A stretch of 64,000 nt of DNA from Phoronis australis. Taxonomy: Eukaryota > Animalia > Phoronida. The DNA lies in the NCBI GenBank assembly GCA_002633005.1, contig NMRA01000548.1, forward strand, positions 1 to 64,000. The letters run 5' to 3'. The notes beneath the pieces are model-generated. The model saw only the letters and a list, made by a program, of their open reading frames with translations. It did no database searches and was not told the DNA's origin. The position numbers and the translations under genes are program-made. Below are positions 1 to 13,300 of the stretch, in pieces (position 1 is the first letter of the stretch; every line of letters starts with the position of its first letter).

Positions 1-1324
1 AACCGAATGTCGGTCAGGTCACTAAGCGAACGCGAGGAAGGATGGAGATTACATGATTATGTTTAAAAAAGGGAATCCTTCAAAATCCAATTTAAATTAT
101 ATTGTTTTTCCTGTTGGATCTACAGGTATCGATAAATAACTTGAGTATTGAGCATTCAATTTGTGCATAGCGGTGAAGTTTTCTCATTAGGATTTGGTGT
201 GTGGTGATCAATTTGGGCAAGATCATGAGTGGCCAAAAACAGGTGTGGCGAGCTGCCCAGATTTTTGCACTCGGGGAAAACACTGCCTTGGTTTCCATTG
301 CCTTTAGCTGGCTTTAACGCATGCCAACGCCAATATTATCCCAACAACAGAGGAATCTGTGTGATATAGGAGTATTCCCCTAAGCCTACTGTGCAGGACA
401 ATGTAGAAATTCCTTTGTAGTGCAGCAATGTAGGAAATGAAATAAACTTTATGGACAATCCAGAGGCGGTGCACCTGTAAATTTTTTGAATGTGGCAGCT
501 AAAAAAATTGAGACTCATTGGTGCTATGTTTCGAGCATGACAGTCTTAAATTTGAGTGTGACGGTCTGCTGTATTTAATAAGCCTGGCAAGATTACTGAG
601 ACTCATACATTTTCTGTTCACTCATCCTGGTGCTGTTCAAGATAATCATTGTCTCTCAAGGGCTACATTTAGGAAACTTTTTTAAATAATTTCACTATGC
701 CATGTTGTAAATGACAATATCCACTTTTGGTGAATTACCTAATGTATTCACAGGCAACAATAAATTGCGTCTTCTGTTTACGTAAAGCCCTGCATACCTA
801 GTAATGGCCAGCCTTATTTAATAATCGTCTTAAAAGCGTTCAAAATCATTCAAAGTTTGCTTCAAAATCATTTAAAGTTTGCATTAACTGATAATTTAGT
901 AACCAAAACGTTTAAATTTTCTGTTCCGTAAGCTTGACTAACTTTCAGATTTTAGATTTTTTGGTTGACGTAATTATGGTACCTTGTAACCTTGATCATT
1001 TTGTTGTTTTTGTATTTATTTAAATGGCTAAAATTAGAACTCCACTGTACCTATGTTTTTGCTGTGAAACCTGATGATACACAGATTTCTTAATTTTGAC
1101 ACCCAACACTCGCCCAGAAACCTATCAAATCTACATCAGAACTTTTTCATGACTTACTAGGCAGTATACATTATAATGGTTGGTACTATGCTCTGAAATC
1201 AGGCCAGTAACTCGCATTTTAACATATATATGCTATATCTACTTCCTGTTTCCTCTACAAGATTGAAATTGAGTGGACGCAAGGATTAATAATTAACAGT
1301 TAACGGATACTGCATTATTTGTAG

Positions 1325-1702
1325 GTTGGGACGCCCGAAACCAAAGAAAGCCACGAATCCTCCCTTACCAAAAGTGTCAATGCAAAGACAGAAGGCCAGT
1401 GCACTTCAACATCGATTGAGTCACAGTCTACAAAGCTGCTCTCTTTGTCGAATGTATTAAAATTTTCCCTGTGGCTTGTGCTATTTGGACTCTTTGTAGA
1501 ACTTGAGTTTGGATCCGTCTACTTTATAATGTCCTGTTTCTACCTGGTGTATTTGAATATGCGCACAGGTGGGCGGAAACCAGACGAGCCAAGTGCATAC
1601 TCTGTGTTCAATCCCAACTGTGAGCGCATTGATGGCACATTGTCTGCGGAACAGTTTGAAAAGGAACTGATATATGGTCCTGGTTCTGTTGGGAGGAGCT
1701 GA
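1325..1702 (+). CDS. SAYSD1: SAYSvFN domain-containing protein 1, terminal coding exon (5' exon(s) not resolved or outside the window)
   Basis: After the acceptor ...ttatttgtag| (1321-1324) the frame is open from 1325 to TGA at 1700-1702. It encodes LKFSLWLVLFGLFVELEFGSVYFIMSCFYLVYLNMRTGGRKPDEPSAYSVFNPNCERIDGTLSAEQFEKEL, with the diagnostic SAYSVFN motif and the preceding hydrophobic hairpin of SAYSD1. Confidence 0.93.
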   Translation, partial: VGTPETKESHESSLTKSVNAKTEGQCTSTSIESQSTKLLSLSNVLKFSLWLVLFGLFVELEFGSVYFIMSCFYLVYLNMRTGGRKPDEPSAYSVFNPNCERIDGTLSAEQFEKELIYGPGSVGRS

Positions 1703-4304
1703 TATTTGAATTGGCACACGTTGTTTATCAAGGAACATCAATTTTGGCCATGTGTAGTCTTAAGAGGTGGTGAATACTACTCCGTCTATACTGTGACGAT
1801 AAGCACAATAAGGATTCTTTCCCATTCCACTTTGAAAACTTTTGGATAAAGTAGGTCATCCATGTGAAAAAACCAAGACCAAACTATAGTTAAGGACAAT
1901 ATTCAGTCATTAAATTCAGTGTGTGTAAGCTGTTTGATTATGAAGAAGTTGAAAAAAGATAAACAGAGTGGCCATATATGTTAAGTAGCTGTTCACATAA
2001 AATTGATATATTCCTGATAAAAATGATCATATCTGTGTTACACCTCCTCATTGTTTTGCAAATTATTTGCAATGTGCTCTTGCTGGAAAATGTTCTAATC
2101 ATTGTTGCAAGTTGAGATACGAGTATTATATTAAAAATGTGCACACTATGATGTGCACTTGAACATTATAACAAGCATGGTTTGTTTGGTTTCTTATTCC
2201 ACGAGTATCGAGCCAACTTGTGTCTGTTTACTTCCAGTGCTATTTCGAGTGCATGCTTGGATGTGAGTGTGATGACTTGATGGCGACTGCAGTTTTACCA
2301 GGTCACCAAACAGAATCTGAACCTTGAATAGAAACCATAGAATTGGAATGAGGTCAAACTGGTCTTCTTATAACTTGTAACAAGTTTCAATTAAGGCTTT
2401 AACACTGACATTAAATGGTACAAAATGCACTTCTTTTGTGAAACATAAAACTACACATATATATATAGGAATAACAAAATTTATTTTCCATATTGCCTTA
2501 ATAACAATTACCTGTAGCTGTACTACATGAACAACCGTTCAAATTGATGCCAAGTATGCATAGTCCCGTCTACATACTGATTATGTCCTCAAGCCCATTA
2601 TTTACACACATAACGAAAAGCGACCAATAGCAAGAACTGCTCAAAGTTTTTACAAGTTCTTGAGAAGTAATCTTCAATGTAATATGGTAGACAGAAGTGG
2701 AGTGCTTAAGGGTGCTGCCTACATCGGATTCATCAAACAATTGACGGGTGTGTTCATGATGGAGAGGTTTGTGTATCAATCTTACACGTCATATTAGAGA
2801 TAGAGAGGTGAGTTTTACATGAAATTTGGTAGAGGTGAATGGGAAAATGGAATTGCCACTAGGTGGTGCAGCAATTGTTAAATTCAACAGGAAATTGACC
2901 AGTGTTACTTCGCGATGCCAACACAGATGTTAAATTACACATCTAGGGGGACAGCACTAACTGAATTTGTTGGAAGCATTTTACTAGTCAAAGTTCATGA
3001 ACAATCAAAAATGTACAGTCAGGTGGAAAAACGGAAATCAAATTTTAAATCCGCTAAAACTCGACGCATGCTCTGTCCAGGTCCATACTGATTCTTCAAA
3101 AGGGTTAGGAAATACATCCACACGTAATGGACACTGAAATACTAATGACCAATTTAAGATATGTCTACCATGTTTTACTGACAACATGTTGGTGCATCTT
3201 AATCTCATTCATTGATGTATTTATAGTTTGCGACATTCTGTTTGCAGGTTACGTCCAAGTTTACAATCAGCATGCAGGGTTCTGTTTCATGAAAAGTGAC
3301 TAAGTTAAGGCAGAAACTTAATCTTGCGCTCCGACATCACTATTTCTGAGAAATAGTTAAATCTCACTCGAGCAAAGTGCAGTCTCTGACAATATACACA
3401 TAACTTTTAATTTCTATGAAGTATTTCTAGACTGTGATGCCCTCGTGATGCTCAGTATTGTTCTCAATAAAACTTAACGCCTAAATAGTATATTATATTT
3501 ACTAATGCAAGGATCAATACCTAAATGTATATTGTACTTCAGCATGTCGTAAAGGATTTGCAAAAACTGACTGAGCAACCCAATACAAAGACTCGGGTTT
3601 GGTGCAAATGAAGCGCTCCCCTCAATCGCCTCAACTGCTAGTAAGCTAAGTAACAGAACACGATGCTGAATCCCAGCAAATAAATGAAAATAGCGTGTAA
3701 AATGAGGCAGTTCATTCAACTGTGAAGCTTTACACATTGACATGAACTGTGCTTCAAATATTTGCATTGGAAGTAATAGACTACATACACACATCTTCAT
3801 ATGCACCAGGCCTTAGTTGATGTATTAAACAATAACACCCACAATATAAGTAGTAAGTGCAACAAACCAAAGAACAATAGTATGAAACAACCTTCAGTGA
3901 TTACATTATCCCCACTTTGAACTTGAATGAAACGACCCAATGAGCAAGAGCTACAAACAACCTGACAGTACATACTACCCAGTGAAGAAAAGAGCACCTT
4001 GTAATTGGCCTACCTGCCCAATATTATTCACAATTGTGGGTTTTTAATGTGTTCTTAAAGGATTCAACTTCTGAGGTTCAGAAAATTTTGCAACATCTTG
4101 CACTTCATAATAATTACAACAGAAGTTGATTGTGGCATCCGAACATCTCCACTGATGGATACTCTGTGTAAAGGACATTTTGCTGACTGTTAGCATTCAG
4201 TGGCAAAAAGCAGCACGTTCAGATACAATTAATGCAAAACATGAGCTGAGGTGACACTGAAGCCGAATTTCTTCCTTTGTGCAAGCTTCAATATCTTTTG
4301 TCAT

Positions 4305-7300
4305 CTAAGATGCACTTGATGCTTTCCTAGCATTCTCCACGAGATCAAACAGGTCTTGATAGCCTTCAATATCAGCTTTTGTGATACCCAGTAATTCCAT
4401 CTGAAAGAGAACAGATCATCTTAATTTGAATTACCGAAGATGCCAAAACTAATGGATCAAATTTCGTTTCCATATCATGAAGTCGTATGAGATCCGACGT
4501 CAGTTTGCAGTAAGATTGAAAAGTATTTACCAGGTGCTTTATAGTTGCCCTACTCGCCCAAACTTCACTTTTACAGCAATTTTCACTGATTACAGGGGTT
4601 CTACAATTTGATAATCAGTTTGATGCCCATTATTCAGCAAAGATAACTAGTTCTCAAAAGGTGGAACCTGTTTAAGTGACTGTTGCCACTACTTCTAAAC
4701 ATAAATACTAAGTTATTTGTAAGCATAAAATATCTTGACTATACATTCCCAGAAATTCACAAGAATGGCAAAACAGTGCAGCGTTGTGGACTGCGAATTG
4801 TAACTTGTGAAGCCTTGGTTCAAAACCTTTGTAACCTTTCAGACTATGAGCATTGCACAAATTGTCCCTTGTCTCCTTGTATTGAGAGGACAGGGTTGGT
4901 TTCAACGCATCACGTGCCCTAGTGGTGAATGAGCTGAGGCTACACTTGCAAAAATATTTCGCAAAAATCAAGAGTTACCTGTTCTCCAAACCCACTGACA
5001 TCTACAGAAAACTGCAAACGAATCTTATCATCATCTGACATTCCTTGGTTGGCTGAGGCTGCTGATGACTTGGCTCGCTTCAGACGCTTTAAACTATCCT
5101 CCATCTTTTTCACTGACGTCAGAACGTCTGATGTAATTGATAAATATCTGAATAAAAAAGGAGAAAACATAACAATTTTCATTTATTTCAGTAAGAACCT
5201 CGCTTGTTAAAAGAAGTTTGTATATATTCATGATATCAAATATAACATCGAAGAATAACACTGCATTGTTGAAACAAATAGAACCAGTCTTTAAGGAATA
5301 TCAAAAGACATGCATGACCACCATTCGCCAGACGGATACAGAAACTTACCAGCAAAAACAAAATCACTATCAAACGAGTAACATGATACTCACTGTTGTG
5401 TCAACCTCCTCAATACAGTAGCACACCAGTCTTGTCTGATACCCTCAGGTAGTTTAGAGTGGTGGTCCCCCAGGAATAACTGGAGAGGTTTAAGTAGGCT
5501 GCTGATGTACGTTGATGGTTTGGTAGGCACCTGGCAGTAAGAGGCAATAGATGTCATGATACAAGTAATTGGAAAATTACACATCAAGAGGGTTATGGCT
5601 ATTTAATGGAAAAAGAAGCATAACTTAAATACCGGACAAGGGATGTGGATGTAACTAACAGTTCATATGGTATGCAAGAGTTGCCAGAATCTGACCTGTG
5701 ATTCCTCAAGGTCAGAACAGCGCCTCCACAAGGAAGAACTTGGGCAATGCTCATATACCTTTAGTTGTTCACGTTCAATCTATCCAATTGCAGGCAAATG
5801 TTTCTTAATACTCAGTTGACAAGTTTTGCTTTTAAGTGCATGGGTGTGAACACTTTCATTTTATTTTAATCATAAATTCTGGCAGGAAAACAAGTAGTGA
5901 TGGGCATAAATTTTGAAGCTTTTTAAAAATCCCAAATCGGTAAGAAATGTTGACTGGAAATATATTTTTTAAGAAAAGGAACTCAAAACAATGCAAAATT
6001 GAACATTTTGGTTTTGATAAGTGCCATGCTGTGCTGTGCTTATTAGGTCAAGCTGGAGTGAACAACAGCAAGTTTAAACTCAAATATATCAAGTTTGCAG
6101 CGGTGAATTTTCCCATTAAAGCAATCAGTGAACATCATCTGGTCCAGGGTTCAGCAAAAAAGAGTCTTGTGTGATAGAAATATTTTCGAGTTGTAAAATT
6201 TAACTGAAATAAGCATTTTTGTAAGAAAAGTCAAAATAATAATAGAAGGAGACGAAAAAAGAGGAAACTAGAAATCAAATAAAAGGAAATCGAAACCAAA
6301 AATGAAGAAATCCTCTTGAAAGAGGAAAATTCCAAGCTCAGGTGGTTTCATCAGTGTTTTACGAACGCTGACTTGGTGTAATGAAATAACAAAGCAAAGG
6401 TTTCCACTGAAAACGTGAAACCAAACCATGGTCTTCAAAGATGGCACTGTAAGGGTCTTCAAGCCTGCAAGCAATAAACTCTGAGAATAAAAATTATAAA
6501 ATTTAACGAATGACACGTACCTCTCGGTTAGTTTTCCTATAGAGTCGAGGTATATCACTGACAAGTTTGAGGTGCACAGAACACTGGCTTATGACTTCAT
6601 CTGTGATAAATGCACCGATCCTGGGCAGATCTTTTTTCAGTATGTCCTGGCAATCCTTTATGCTCGCTAAAAGTTGGTGGACGTTAAAGTCAATAATGAA
6701 TTATACCAAAATTTGTTTCAGTCTACAACAGAAATGTCCCATCATTAAGAGACTACCAACACTATTCCTATTCAAGTTTTCTGATTAATGCAAAGATGAT
6801 TAAACTGTCACAGCAAGAAAGTTAGTCTCGCCAGTTATAATTTATGCAAAATGGTTTCAAACTCAAAATAAGTAATCGTGTTTTAAAATACCACAGTGCT
6901 TTTTGTCCATACATGCACTGACTAGTGATGCAAAGGTCAACAACTAACATCTTGAAATTTTAAGCATAAATAGACGTTAGTTAGATACTTGTGCAACATC
7001 TTAAAATCTTACAGATATTCAACAACATGCAATCATGTACCTTCCAAAATTTTACTGTCTGTGGTTTTAAAACCCACTCCGTCCAACAGGGGGTGCACAG
7101 TCTTTTCGAAGAATTCTGGAAGCTGAAAATAAAGTAATTGCCATCGAAGCACAAAGAAAAGAATGAAAAGACGTTTGACTCTGGATTACAAAACATTTAT
7201 GTCTTGACATTGTGGACCCTCACGACTCCTTTGACCAAGCCTGAGTGCTCATAATTTGCTGGCCCTCATTGTTTGTAACATTAATGTGCTAGGATAAGGA

Positions 7301-10300
7301 AAATTAGTGAACAGCTGAAATAATGTGCTCACTGTCCGTGACACACTTTAATAAATCCAATATTCATTTTACAAATTTTTTTTAACAAAATGTTCATATT
7401 GAATAATTACTCACTCGAACTGTGACCAGAATATCTTGAATTTGATGGATTATGTAAAACTGTTATTAATTTCGGTAACTAAGTAAAAACCAAAAATGTT
7501 AAAACTATGGTATCTACTACTGCAATATGCAAATTTCATAAAAGAAGCCAGATTCTGTGAACTCAGACCATTTCCATTAAGCTCACTAGGTGGATCTTAT
7601 GTGTGAACATAGAGTGAGCGAATGAGTGAAGGGAAGTTATAGTTCAATTGTCTTCAAAATGTTGAAAATGACAACTTAAGTGGAGGAAGAAAAACAGAAT
7701 TACAGCCAGGCTCTAGTGTGGCCATATAAAATGATTTCAGGCCTCGCATGTGGGCCCATTGAAATGATCACCTGGAACCATTTTCTGCTTTATTAATATC
7801 TAGTTAAAACTGAGCTGAGGAGCTAGAAACCTGACTCAAGGGTCTAGCAGCGTGATCCAGTGGGACTCGAACACACGACCTCGAGTACAGAAAGCATACC
7901 GGCTTTTATCACACTAGGCCACACTGCCTCCTCTCCTGTGGGTAAGGGCCCAACCAAAAGATAAAAGAGGTCCTAGGTGCCGACTAGTGCCTACAACAGT
8001 GTGTGGGCTGCGCGAAAACTGGAGAGGTGCAAGCACATTTTGGGAAAGCTTACTCTGAGTGCTATGTTCTCTGTGTCAACTATGAGCGACACAAGTTGGC
8101 CAGTGGTGACACCTGGTGTAAGTAGAGACTGTTGCGCCCCCTCAATGGCTTGACTACCTGGTGTTGTGCTTGATTCAGTAGCAGCAGGTTGTTTATCCAA
8201 CTACGAATAAAACAAATGATAGACTTAGAGCTCCAAGCAGATTGCCAGCTCCACGGACGTTTTGCTTTGTGACAGCAATTTCATAATATTTTAATATTAA
8301 AATATCTTTAAATGTCAATTTTAATTTTCGTAATGACCCAATTGAAATCTAACTATCGAACTGAAAAATATCTATACCGATTGCTGTATTAATTCTCATA
8401 TCCTAACTATAGAAATCAGCAATCAAACAAATCAGAGTTCTGAAAGTAACGGCCCGTCTATGGTTAGCAACACTGAAAACCCTCCTGAAAGACATTAAAC
8501 GGGGAGAAATTAACATCAGAAAGTTCAAAGGTATACATCTCTCCTGCCCAATAACTTAAAGTTGCTATAAACTCATATTCTGTCAAAAAATTATCACAAT
8601 ATGTTAGTTGGCTTGTCACAGTAGATTATTTTACACAACAAGCTTGATTACTAAGAACTGTGAGTTCTCTGCAAGTCCACAAATCACCTCTAAAGTAGTT
8701 TCTGAAAAATGTTGACCATCTTCCTTCTCGTCAAAATCCCCAAAATTTCGAAGCAAAATTTCCACCAAACTTTTAATGATTTTGCGTTACTTTTTCATCA
8801 AATTCTCCTCTGAGTGTGCGCCATAACTTTGACGAACAACAAACTTTTTTGAAAACTACTTTAGTATGAACAAGGAGTGAGTTGAGACCATTTTATAGCA
8901 GCAGTGGTCGGTTATTAAAAAGTTAAGCAATTTTTGTATCAGCTTTAATCTTCAAACCACACACCTCTGCATTCGCCACCTCCTCTACCCAGTGACCATA
9001 TCGGGATATCATCTGTAACGTCAACTTCCAAAATCTGTGACAAAGTGGCTTCAGATAAACAGCACTTGTCCAGTTCTGGTGAAGACACGTCCACAGGGTC
9101 TGGGCAGACACCAGATTGAAGCCAGTACTTTGGTCAGACACGGCATTGAATCCAACCAGTAAACTGGACTCCAGGGCACCGGCTATCTCCTGAAACCTGG
9201 AAGACCACAAACGCAAAGATACATGAGGACATTATATCAGAAATATAATGTTTTGCGAAATACGAATACGATCAAGCAAAATTCTTGAATATGTAGCCAT
9301 AGCCTCTCTACTCGGGCATTATACCTCCACCTGCAAATACATAAACCTTCTTGTTATTTACCATGAACTCATAATAATTATCGTATTTGGTACTATTTTC
9401 TTCACAATATAGCCATTAGAATAATATGGGGAGTTCAGACACACGAAACATTCCCGATCAGATTAACAACAGAAACATTAAGAAATGTGTCGGGGTTAAC
9501 AGTGAAAAATCAGCAATGGTTATCGAACTTACTTGATTCAAGAAAAGAAAACAGCAGAGAATATCCAGCAATATACCAACAACCAGCCCCTTCTAGCGGT
9601 TTGTCAAAATGTCAATGTGCACAGCACATAATTTTGATACATGACTAACACGTGCCTCTTCAAAGAAACTCCCAACTACAACCACCAAAGCTAAGCTTCT
9701 TGGTAAATTGAGTTTTGGAAAAATTCATGGACAGTTGTCTATTTTGGTAGCACAGAATAAAAGTTATCTCCTTCTTGCTTTACTTTTACATGGTGCTAAA
9801 TCTAAAATAGACAATATGGTCTGCATACTAAACCTGATCATCAAATTGCCTCCGTAACAGACTATGGCATACTCTGACACGCGGGTTCTCACCTAATTTG
9901 AAAGTAGACAGGTAGGCTCCATTTAGCCATATATGAGTTATAGCTGGGGTGACTTCGCAGTCGCTTGACACTCGCCTGAGATCCACATTGCCTCTCAAAC
10001 CTTTCCAGGAAGTCAATGTTCAATAGGTAGTGCTGAAATACAGGTAGGCAGCATTGTGACACACTTCAATCAATCAATCATCCAATCCTTTAATTGTTAA
10101 CTATGTAAAACAACTGAAATGGAATTCAGCTTCCTTTCCCATAAATCTCTGAAACCTTCCTATTATCCTGATTGGGGAACATTCCCTTCACTCAAACTGT
10201 ATTTTTGTACCATCAATAATCTTCTCCCATGAACGAACTTCTTTGCACAGAACAAAGCTCCCTAGATAGTGATTTGAACCCATCGTACTAAGTTAACAAC

Positions 10301-13300
10301 TTGTTTGAGAAAAAAGAATGTGGTATTGCTTGTATATGATTTCTAGGAAGGAGGAGTTGTGAGAAAGACGAGAATTCTGTTAGCGGGACAAGAATCCCAT
10401 TTGCGAGAAAGCTCCAAGTGCTCGGGGGCAGACATCTAGGAATTAAAGTTATCCAATGGTGAATTTTGAAAAGGCAAGCCAGAGTACACTGACTCAAAAT
10501 TGAAGAGAAAGTAACGTGAAAATTATTCAGCAAGAAAATAAATATAAGTAAAACTGATTTACTACAGTCATTATACACTCTTAAGCATTTGCTGCATGAC
10601 AATGATTTAACATTTCAACAGTGCATGTTAAAACTGATTACTTCAATTTTGACTAATTGTCACTGCTATCATTAAAGGGGCCAAAAACTGAGCCTTCTGT
10701 CGAAAAATTAATTTTGGTTTAGGTCACTTACTGCAACAAAATCAGTGTCACACTGTCCTTTACTCAGATTAGAAATAATTTCAAGGCTCGAGACAAACAT
10801 GGGCAGGTCACGACTGCTTCAGAACAGGCTCAGAGAATTGCTCGTTAGTTTTAGTCGCCAAGAAAGTATGGCTGTTACAGGAATTCCATAATGGACTCGA
10901 GCAAAGAATAAGAATGTGGCATTGCTCTGGAAAAGCAAACAAGCTTGTCAAGAAACTTGATGTTTTAACACCAAAACAAGCTTTATAGTGGCTGTAAATT
11001 GTGATTTTCGATTTTGGTACATTCAACATTATGAAGTGAAAACCACAATTAGCAAGCAGTGCTCTAGAGGAACTGAAAATCTGATCCCAGAAATACTAGG
11101 CCAAACTATTGAACTCACATGATGGAATACTTCAGGGTCACCAGGAGCGAATACAGAAGGTGTCTTTGCTTCAATATTGAGCACTATCTCGGGCCATACT
11201 GCATTGACAATGAAGTCATAGCCACGGACAACCTCGGAACTGTGGAAAAAGAAAACTTGTTTGTGAAACTAATAAAGGAGATAATAAGTTACCTTTGTTA
11301 TCAAGGATGAAATTTATAAATTTAATGAACTTTTAAAGTTGATCCATAAAATTACATATTTTTAAAATTCTAGATGACCATAAAATCTTATTATAAGTAC
11401 TAAAAGTTGTTCGTAATCACGTGTCTTTTTGACTGCATTTTTTCTAAAAAAACTTGATTTTTCACGGAAATCACCATAATTTCCACAAACAAGAATTCTA
11501 TCATTGGTGACAAAACTAGCATACTCCCTTCAATACCATTTGAAAAAGAGACATGTATCCTAGTACCAACTCAGTTTTGTCAGACAATACACCCGTATAG
11601 AGAGTCAAGTTTTTACAAGTTGCAAGTATTGTGGAAGTTTTTTTGCAAGTCAGTGATCAACACAACAGAAGGGGTAGCATAGCTTGTGTAATTGTACAAT
11701 TTTCCATTTTAAAATTTGACCCAGAGTCTATGGAGCATTAATCCCTTTCACATGGCAATGCAAACCTCTGCCCGCTTTGTCCAAGGGTTACTTCCTTAAT
11801 CTTTTTGCAGTGTGTGGGGATGAACTCCAGAATTTTGGCAAACATGCCCTTCAGACCTTGTGGGTTGGAACGGATGAACTCTTCAGTAATTACCTAGAAA
11901 ATAAAAAATCCATTAACAATAACAGAACAAAAATGCTCAGCTTTCTCTTGACAAAGACATTATGAATAGAGAGCGTGGCGTCACCTCACTGAGGTAGTTT
12001 AGGAGATTCCACCATCTTGGTTCTAACCCTTCCCACTTGTCTACGAGGAATTACATAAGGTCAAAGTTTTTTATTAAAATATCAGCACATCCTCAGAAAT
12101 CGCTTTCGCATTATGTCCAGGTTCTCATTCACTCCCTTGCATACATTCACTAGAATGACCGAGATCTGAGGAGAAAGAGACATGTTTGTGTGCTCAATTG
12201 TCAGCCAGTAAAGCCAGGATTTCAACCCAGGTCTCCTAAATGGTAGTCTTGAACAAAAACCACTGAGCCATACTGTCTCCTCAAAGGTTATAACCAGAAA
12301 ATCACCAGATAAACCCCGTTTCAGAACACACATGGCTAATATGCTACACTGCAAGCTGCGGTAAGACCTTCAATCTATAAAATGTTAGTTCTGTTGAATT
12401 TTGCCGGTTTGAACAAATACGTAAATTCAAGGAAATAGACAACCAGCATATTGTTTGTCTCCAATAGGAGTAGTTGCTATAGGTGTGACGTAACCACTTT
12501 CCGTCCAAGATCATTTTGTAAGTCAGTTATGAGCCCATTTACATACATCTTCCATGAATGGTTTCACCATGTACTGCCTGACCAGGTTTTCAGCATCTTT
12601 AGTCTTGTCAATAGTGGCGTATGTCCTGAGGCACTGCCTCAGTATTTTGGTGTCTCCTCTCTCTAAACCTTCTTTAAATGAACCCTCCAAGCTGTACTGG
12701 AGAGTAGTGGTGATATTTGTGATTCTCTGGAAAGAATACAAAATAGTTTAGTTTTGAGGACAAGGAAATTCTTAATAACTAAGCTTCATATACAGTTATA
12801 CAGTACAAAGTATAATTAAAGAATCACTTTAGCTACATGCTTTAATTGACAAACCATGTTGTATAGTATCAGAAAAAATCTATTAACTAATAACTCAAAG
12901 CTTCAGTATACCTGCCTAATGAATTATAAGAAAACTTGTTTCACTTTCATTGCCTTTTTTCTCAGCAACAGGTGGTACGCAGTGCTTTATATAAAATATT
13001 GTAACTACTTCTATTACCGGACGTTGCCATGACTACCAAACATCAGTAAAACCACCACTTACAGGCTTCACCTCCTCCACCAGAGGTGTTCCTCGACTTT
13101 TATTCACGTAAAACTGTAGTTTGTTGAATTGTGTTGCCACCCGCTCTATTAACTGACCACTCAGTTCACTGAAGACAGAAAAACATCACAATCATGTACT
13201 TAATACTTTTAAGTATTAAAATACCAACACCTTAAAACAACATACTAAGAATTGTTTTAATAGACATTATTGACAACAAATAACTAAAAACAAAGCGCCA

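Noticed and set aside
1-17. End of SAYSD1 exon 1 (...GGTCAG|gtcact)
   Set aside because: Phase-compatible but a weak donor, with too little sequence to verify.
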